Notes under the pieces: generated by a model
The model's input: the letters and a program-made list of their open reading frames with translations, nothing else
What the model was told of the DNA's origin: nothing
Database searches by the model: none
In this document: one piece after another, positions 59,278 to 64,000 of the stretch
Position numbering within the stretch: position 1 is the first letter of the stretch
Layout: each line of letters begins with the position of its first letter
Made by a program: the position numbers and the translations under genes
Source: Flavobacteriales bacterium
GTDB lineage: Bacteria; Bacteroidota; Bacteroidia; Flavobacteriales_F; PHOS-HE28
Direction of reading: 5' to 3'
Assembly: GCA_016788485.1 (NCBI GenBank)
Contig: JAEUSV010000120.1
Coordinates: 53,744 to 117,743, forward strand
Length of the DNA stretch: 64,000 bases

Positions 59278-60408
59278 TCAGGCCCCCAACACCCGTGCCA
59301 GGTTGGCCACCTGGCTCTCCCACAGGGCGCGGGCCTCGGGCATGTCGGCCGGCCAGGCATGGTCGGTCACCACCAGGGCCACGTCGTTGGTCATGGGGTC
59401 GATGCGGATGCGCAGCTCGAAGTAGGCGCCCGGGTCATCGTCCTCCTCCCAGTGGAAGCGCATGAGCTCGCCGTACTTGCGGCCGATGCAGATGGCACGC
59501 TGGATGTCGTTGCCCCAGCGGAAGGCGAACTCGTCGCCGCGCACGTTCACATCGTCGCAGAACCACTCGCTGAAGCCGCTGGGCGTGCTCAGCATCTCGT
59601 AGAGCGCGTTGATCGTGGTGCGCATGTAGTGCTCGAGCACGAAGCGCTCCTTGGTGGCGCGCTTGGTGAGCCGCGCCGGACCGCTCAAGGGGTCCACGCC
59701 GGTCATCACGGCCTGGATCGGCGCCTTCTCCTTCACGGGCTTGCCGGCTTTCGGAGCGGGCTTGGGTGCAGGAGAAGTGGCAGGAGCGGGAGCAGGAACA
59801 GGAACAGGAGCAGGGGCGGCAGCTTTCGGTGCGGCCTTTGGGGCGGGAGCGGGAGCTGGGGCAGGCGCGGGGGCCTTGGCCGGTGTGGCTTTCGCCGCAG
59901 GCTTCGCAGGTTCAGGCTTCGGAGCAGGCTTGGCCGGAGCGGCCGCCTTCACCGGGGCCTTGGCCACGGGCTTCTTTCCTGTGGCCACCGCAGCCTTCGC
60001 GGGCGCCTTGGTCGCGGGCTTGGCCGGGGCTTTCGCCACAGGCTTCTTCGCAGCGCTCTTGGGCGCGGGCTTCGCCGGGGCCTTGGCCTTCTTGGCAACG
60101 GGCTTCGCCAACGGCTTGGCGGGCTTGCGGGCCGGGGCCTTGGTCGCGGGCTTGGCGGGCTTGCGCACCGGCGCTTTCGCGGCCGGCTTGGCGGCCTTGC
60201 GCGGTGCGGGCTTGGTGGCCTTCTTCGGCTTGGGGGCCGCCTTCTTCGCCACGCTCTTCTTGGGGGCGGGCTTGGCGGACTTGCCCTTCTTCGGGGCGGA
60301 CTTCGCAACGGGCGCCTTCTTCTTGGGCGCCGGGGCCTTCCGGGCGGCCGGCTTGCTGGTCTTCTTGCTGGCCGCGGCCTTTTGGGTCGGGCGTTTCTTC
60401 TGGGCCAT
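59278..60408 (-). CDS. histone-H1-like Lys/Ala/Pro-rich protein fused to a C-terminal SRPBCC (START/AHSA1-like) domain
   Basis: The start was re-picked at MAQKKRPTQKAAASKK. Roughly 260 aa of KAPAKPA/AKKPVAK repeats are followed by a ~120-aa globular domain (VLEHYMRTTINALYEMLSTPSGFSEWFCDD...ELRIRIDPM...VVTDHAWP). Confidence 0.6.
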   Translation of the reverse strand: MAQKKRPTQKAAASKKTSKPAARKAPAPKKKAPVAKSAPKKGKSAKPAPKKSVAKKAAPKPKKATKPAPRKAAKPAAKAPVRKPAKPATKAPARKPAKPLAKPVAKKAKAPAKPAPKSAAKKPVAKAPAKPATKAPAKAAVATGKKPVAKAPVKAAAPAKPAPKPEPAKPAAKATPAKAPAPAPAPAPAPKAAPKAAAPAPVPVPAPAPATSPAPKPAPKAGKPVKEKAPIQAVMTGVDPLSGPARLTKRATKERFVLEHYMRTTINALYEMLSTPSGFSEWFCDDVNVRGDEFAFRWGNDIQRAICIGRKYGELMRFHWEEDDDPGAYFELRIRIDPMTNDVALVVTDHAWPADMPEARALWESQVANLARVLGA

Positions 60409-60503
60409 CGTCGCGTTGCGGGTCGTTAAGGGTCCGGGGAAAGGTAGGGAAAAGAGCTTCCCTCGCAAGTCGAACAGCCCTGTCGCCGGATCACCGCTCC
60501 GGC

Positions 60504-60511
60504 TATATTTG
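60504..60511 (+). promoter_or_regulatory. Bacteroidota-type -7 promoter box (TAnnTTTG) upstream of tRNA-Met
   Basis: TATATTTG lies about 45 nt upstream of the tRNA 5' end. No clean -33 TTG was seen. Confidence 0.3.
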
Positions 60512-60555
60512 CGGCCCGTTCGCCAGGGGTGGTGCACGCCACTTCCGGCACGTAC

Positions 60556-60629
60556 GGCGCGGTAGCTCAGCTGGTTAGAGCGCAGGATTCATAATCCTGA
60601 GGTCGAGAGTTCAAGTCTCTCCCGCGCTA
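60556..60629 (+). tRNA. tRNA with CAT anticodon (elongator Met, or Ile2/lysidine type)
   Basis: Acceptor GGCGCGG/CCGCGCT with a G1-U72 wobble pair. D-arm TAGCTCAGCTGGTTAGAGCG. Anticodon stem CAGGA/TCCTG with loop TTCATAA. T-arm GAGAGTTCAAGTCTCTC. Confidence 0.75.
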
Positions 60630-60631
60630 CG

Positions 60632-60665
60632 AAAGCCCTCCAGTGTTCCTGGGGGGCTTTGTCGT
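60632..60665 (+). terminator. putative terminator hairpin after tRNA-Met
   Basis: AAGCCCTCC-agtgttcct-GGGGGGCTTT forms an imperfect stem of about 9 bp. It is followed by TGTCGTT. Confidence 0.35.
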
Positions 60666-60793
60666 TCGGGGGGTAGGTCGAACGAAAAGGGGAGAGGGAG
60701 CCAGGGGGCGGGAAAAAAGAGCAAGAGGAATGGACTGTACTCGCTCATTCAAGGTCAGAGCGTTGAAGGCATGCAGACCAAAGCCCATCGAAC

Positions 60794-61276
60794 TTAGCGA
60801 ATGGGGACATCATCTACCCGGTCAGAACTGCTAGCATTCGGAGGTCCTGACGTGGCTACTGAAATTGTCGGGCGTGAAAAGCTCGGAGACGATCCACCTC
60901 CGAATACATGGAAGGCGAGGAATCGCTGAAGCTCATAGATATTGACCGATCGGTTAAAGCGTTTCTGAATACTCGGGCTTGCCTCGCTGGTAATCCAAAT
61001 CTTCAGATCAGCATCAAGGTCAAATGTGCCTGCAGTTTCAACGCTGAAACGGGAAATGCTACGGTATGGAATGGAGATGTACTCAATCTTCTTTCCAGTT
61101 AAGCCCTGAACATCGACTAAAATTAGCCGCGCATTGGTGAAGATAAACATGTCCCTCACCAACTTAAAACCTGCTTCCACAGTCTCTCCATCTACAAAAA
61201 GTTGAGCGTACTCTCTTTGAATTCCACCGGGGTCAGTGGAGGAAGCGTTGCCGAGGAATGCGTCAAGTAAGCCCAT
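60794..61276 (-). CDS. bacterial PH-domain (bPH_1/YvbH-like) protein
   Basis: It reads MGLLDAFLGNAS...FKLVRDMFIFTNARLILVDVQGLTGKKIEYISIPYRSISRFSVETAGTFDLDADLKIW. This strongly resembles the YvbH-type bacterial PH family as recalled. The last ~35 aa read through GC-richer DNA and may be a fortuitous extension. Confidence 0.6.
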   Translation of the reverse strand: MGLLDAFLGNASSTDPGGIQREYAQLFVDGETVEAGFKLVRDMFIFTNARLILVDVQGLTGKKIEYISIPYRSISRFSVETAGTFDLDADLKIWITSEASPSIQKRFNRSVNIYELQRFLAFHVFGGGSSPSFSRPTISVATSGPPNASSSDRVDDVPIR

Positions 61277-61277
61277 G

Positions 61278-61805
61278 TTACTGTTCCACTTCTATGCCGT
61301 CGTCTAGACCGTACGCTTTGCTAATGCTGTCGAGTTCACGTCTCGTTTCTCTGTGTCGCCTTGCCATCAACGAATCTTTCCAAGCTATTTGGGAGAGATC
61401 TTCTACCGGCATGCCTTCGACATCGAGCGGTCCAGATTCTTCGTCTGCTAGCAAATACCCCCTCACCCAAAACAGGCTGTCATGTCTACAAATAAAGTGA
61501 GCCATGAGATGAACTCGGTCTTTCACACCAAAGGAGTTGACGGCATCAGCAGCAAGTGCCACGTGTATGGAATCACCTTCAGACCTGATGCTAGCTTCGT
61601 GTAGGCTATCAATATCGCTTGCATCCGGGTGTTTGAGGGCTAGCCGAAGCTCTGAGTAAGCCCCGTGATATGCAGCCTCTTGGGAACAACCCTGTCCTAT
61701 CGAAACTAGAGCTAGGCGATGGGCCTCTGCTTGTTTCTCTTTAGCACTGGGTCCGCAACCAACAGTTAGGGCGGCCAGGACAACAATCCAAGACGCATAC
61801 TTCAT
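61278..61805 (-). CDS. islet lipoprotein, hypothetical
   Basis: The start MKYASWIVVLAALTVGCG is a lipobox. The gene is low-GC and ends 2 nt before the PH-domain gene start. Confidence 0.5.
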   Translation of the reverse strand: MKYASWIVVLAALTVGCGPSAKEKQAEAHRLALVSIGQGCSQEAAYHGAYSELRLALKHPDASDIDSLHEASIRSEGDSIHVALAADAVNSFGVKDRVHLMAHFICRHDSLFWVRGYLLADEESGPLDVEGMPVEDLSQIAWKDSLMARRHRETRRELDSISKAYGLDDGIEVEQ

Positions 61806-62081
61806 TCGGCTTCAAATAGGTGCGTCCAAGATAAACACATCTGACATTCTTTAGGAAACGTGCGGCTCTCATCCTCTGGTGATAAATTAAAACCCTAGGC
61901 ATTATGGCCCTTGAAGAAACTCTTGGTCAATATCCGACCAGCGCTCTGCTGTCTCGAGCGCCCATTTCTCCCCCGGCCTCCAGCTGCATGCTCATCCTTG
62001 CACCTTTCGAACATACGCCACGCACCTTCCTCCTTCAAGCTTCATTTCCCGCCATCCCCCCGTTCTCCCCATCTTCAGCCC

Positions 62082-62504
62082 ATGAAGCAGCTGCTCCCCA
62101 TTCTTGCCGCGCTGGTCCTGATCGCCGCCTGCGGGCAGCCTTCCTTCCAGGCCGATGAGCAGGCCATCCGCGCGGTGATGGCCGACCAGGAGAAGGCCTG
62201 GGACGCCGGCGATGTGCGCGCCTTCATGGACGGTTACGCGGACAGCGTGTGCTTCATCGGCTCACGCGGCAGGACCTGCGGGCGCGAAGCGGTGACGGCC
62301 AACTACCTGAAGACCTACCCGGACAAGGCCGCGATGGGCGACCTCTCCTTCACGCAGCTGGAGGTGCTGCCCGCCGGCACGGACCACGCCTGGTGCACCG
62401 GCCGGTGGACCATTAGCCGCGCCGATACCGTGGGCGGCGGCTTCAGCCTGCTGTGGGTGCGCACGGCGCAGGGCTGGCGCATCCTGCGCGACCATTCCTA
62501 CTGA
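62082..62504 (+). CDS. lipoprotein with a SnoaL-like / DUF4440 (NTF2-fold) domain
   Basis: The start was re-picked at MKQLLPILAALVLIAAC. It contains AVMADQEKAWDAGDVRAFMDGYADSVCF...GWRIL. Confidence 0.55.
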   Translation: MKQLLPILAALVLIAACGQPSFQADEQAIRAVMADQEKAWDAGDVRAFMDGYADSVCFIGSRGRTCGREAVTANYLKTYPDKAAMGDLSFTQLEVLPAGTDHAWCTGRWTISRADTVGGGFSLLWVRTAQGWRILRDHSY

Positions 62505-62545
62505 GGACGCTGGGCTATCTTCGGCGCCCCGCGCCGGGAGCGTCC

Positions 62546-63148
62546 ATGAACACCGCCATCATCGCCTTCACCGTGGTCATCAGCCTGCTGGGGCTGCAGG
62601 ACCGCCGCGTGTTCGAGCAGCTGGTGTTCGAGCCCTTCACCATCCACGCCCGCAAGGACTGGTTCCGGTTCCTCACGCACGCCTTCCTGCACGCGCACAT
62701 CCCGCACCTGCTGGTGAACATGTTCGTGCTGTGGAGCTTCGGCCGCGTGCTGGAGCCCAGCATGCGCGGGTTGTTGGGCAGCAGCAGCTCGCTGCCCTAC
62801 CTGCTGCTCTACCTGGGCGGTGCGGCCTTCGCTGCGCTGCCCAGCTACAAGCGCCACCTGTGGGACCCGTCATACCGCGCGGTGGGCGCCTCCGGGGCCG
62901 TGGCCGCGGTGCTCTTCGCCACGGTGCTGCTGTACCCCATGGACAGGCTTTACATCTTCGGCGTGCTGCCCATGCCGGGCTACCTCTTCGCACCGCTGTA
63001 CCTGGCCTACGAGTACTACCTGGACAAGCGCGGGCAGGACAACGTGGCCCACGATGCGCACTTCTACGGTGCGCTGTTCGGCCTGGCCTTCATCACCGTG
63101 CTGCGGCCCACCGTATGGCCCGACCTGTTCCACCAGCTGATCGGGTGA
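62546..63148 (+). CDS. rhomboid-family intramembrane serine protease
   Basis: The start was re-picked at MNTAIIAF. It has the GASGAV catalytic Ser motif and a downstream His (AHDAHFYGALFG), with 6 TM helices. Confidence 0.8.
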   Translation: MNTAIIAFTVVISLLGLQDRRVFEQLVFEPFTIHARKDWFRFLTHAFLHAHIPHLLVNMFVLWSFGRVLEPSMRGLLGSSSSLPYLLLYLGGAAFAALPSYKRHLWDPSYRAVGASGAVAAVLFATVLLYPMDRLYIFGVLPMPGYLFAPLYLAYEYYLDKRGQDNVAHDAHFYGALFGLAFITVLRPTVWPDLFHQLIG

Positions 63149-63645
63149 TGGCGCAGCGCACGGCCGTTTTCCTGGACCGCGACGGGGTGCTGAACCGCGA
63201 GCGCGGCGAGCACACGTGGCGCCTGCCCGACTTCGAGGTGCTGCCCGGCGTGCCCGAGGCGCTGCGCCGGTTGAAGGACGCGGGGCACCTGCTGGTGGTG
63301 GTGAGCAACCAGAGCGGCATCGGCCTGGGGCTTTACGGCCACGCCGATGTGGCGGTGGTGCATGGCTATCTTCACGACCGCCTCGCCGAAGCGGGCGTGG
63401 CGCTCGATGCCGTGTACTACTGTCCGCACCATCCCACCCAGGGCCGCTGCCTGTGCCGCAAGCCCGGCGCGCTGCTGCTGGAGAAGGCCATGGCCCGGTT
63501 CGGCATCGCCGCCGGGGCCTCGTGGTTCATCGGCGACCGCGAGCGCGATGTGGAGGCGGCCCATGCCGTGGGGGTGCGGCCCATCCTGGTGCCGTCGAAC
63601 GCCCCGTTGAAGGAAGTGGTGGACCAGATCCTGAAGAACGCATGA
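63148..63645 (+). CDS. gmhB: D,D-heptose 1,7-bisphosphate phosphatase (HAD-IIIA)
   Basis: The start MAQRTAVFLDRDGVLN is the DxDGT-type motif I. It also has CPHHPTQGRCLCRKP Zn-binding Cys residues and GDRERD. TGATG overlaps the rhomboid stop. Confidence 0.75.
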   Translation: MAQRTAVFLDRDGVLNRERGEHTWRLPDFEVLPGVPEALRRLKDAGHLLVVVSNQSGIGLGLYGHADVAVVHGYLHDRLAEAGVALDAVYYCPHHPTQGRCLCRKPGALLLEKAMARFGIAAGASWFIGDRERDVEAAHAVGVRPILVPSNAPLKEVVDQILKNA

Positions 63646-64000
63646 CCCCGCACGTCATCATCAACGGCGAACTGCGCGAGGCGGACAAGCCGGTGATCAC
63701 CCTCGACAACCGCGCGTACCATTACGGTGATGGCGTGTTCGAGACCATCCGCGTGGTGAACGGCACCCCCTGCTTCCTCGACGCGCACTGGGCGCGCATC
63801 ACCGAGGGCATGAAGGTGCTGCGCATCCAGCCGCCGCAGGGCCTCGACCGGCAGAGCCTGGAGCGCCACCTGGTGCAGCTCGTGGCCCGCTGCGGGCTGC
63901 CCAACGGGCGCGCGCGCCTCACCGTGTTCCGCGATTCGCCCGGCTACTACCGGCCCCAGCACCACGCGGGCGGCTACACGATCGAGCTCAAGCCCATCCC
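63642..64000 (+). CDS. fold-type IV PLP enzyme (aminodeoxychorismate lyase / class IV aminotransferase), 5' partial
   Basis: The frame reads MTPHVIINGELREADKPVITLDNRAYHYGDGVFETIRVVNG...RARLTVF. An ATGA overlap links it to gmhB. It runs off the window end and so is not in the ORF track. Confidence 0.7.
   Translation, partial: MTPHVIINGELREADKPVITLDNRAYHYGDGVFETIRVVNGTPCFLDAHWARITEGMKVLRIQPPQGLDRQSLERHLVQLVARCGLPNGRARLTVFRDSPGYYRPQHHAGGYTIELKPI

Larger units (their letters stand above)
60630..62035. other. Low-GC islet (~1.4 kb) immediately 3' of tRNA-Met, carrying two reverse-strand genes
   Basis: GC drops to roughly 45-50% by eye. There is a weak tRNA-3'-like direct repeat (TTCAAG..TCCCGC) at about 62036-62055. 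No integrase gene is present. Confidence 0.45.

Noticed and set aside
57589-60578. + strand ORFs (57589-60429, 59651-60565, 59766-60578) opposite the LptF/G and histone-like genes
   Set aside because: They are antisense to the KAPAKPA repeat region and would give G/A/L/F-rich nonsense. LptF/G-like topology is seen only on the reverse strand.
61904-62158. 84-aa + ORF at the right edge of the low-GC islet
   Set aside because: It is Pro/Ser/Ala-rich and overlaps the real signal-peptide start of the SnoaL-like lipoprotein at 62082. It is more likely non-coding islet boundary sequence.
1-64000. rRNA genes, transposases, integrases, restriction-modification, toxin-antitoxin or other defence systems
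   Set aside because: Both strands were scanned. No such motifs or gene architectures were found, and the window is dominated by housekeeping and envelope genes.

Overview
This 64-kb window is high-GC DNA (roughly two-thirds G+C by eye) that reads like a chromosomal segment from a Bacteroidota or Rhodothermota-type organism. The supporting signals are several T9SS-type C-terminal sorting domains, a DUF1599-folP pairing, a tsaD/tamB divergent pair, LVIVD-repeat and PKD-like cargo proteins, and a TAnnTTTG-type promoter box. The recognisable housekeeping genes are folP, tpiA, prmA, plsY, clpS, ychF, dcp, parE/parC, tsaD, tamB, ribBA, two GT4 glycosyltransferases, an LptF/G-type permease, gmhB, tRNA-Arg(ACG) and tRNA-Met(CAT). 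Woven through this backbone are several accessory or unusual elements. First, a four-member paralogous family of small secreted proteins (one membrane-anchored) sits around folP and DUF1599. Second, two convergent membrane-anchored class III adenylate cyclases flank a secreted beta-repeat protein. Third, two tandem T9SS cargo genes share a roughly 0.5-kb near-identical block. Fourth, a 2075-aa protein (TPR, PD40, CarbopepD_reg, ~1300-aa coiled coil, 2 SPOR-like repeats) is translationally coupled to plsY. Fifth, a histone-H1-like/SRPBCC fusion protein is encoded next to the tRNA-Met. Sixth, there are two low-GC islets carrying bacterial-PH-like proteins, one of them abutting the tRNA-Met 3' end. 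No CRISPR array, rRNA, transposase or obvious defence-system enzymes were seen. The many long reverse-strand ORFs in the track are GC-driven shadows of the real genes. Start codons were re-picked by hand where the ORF track over-extends them, and coordinates may be off by a few nucleotides.
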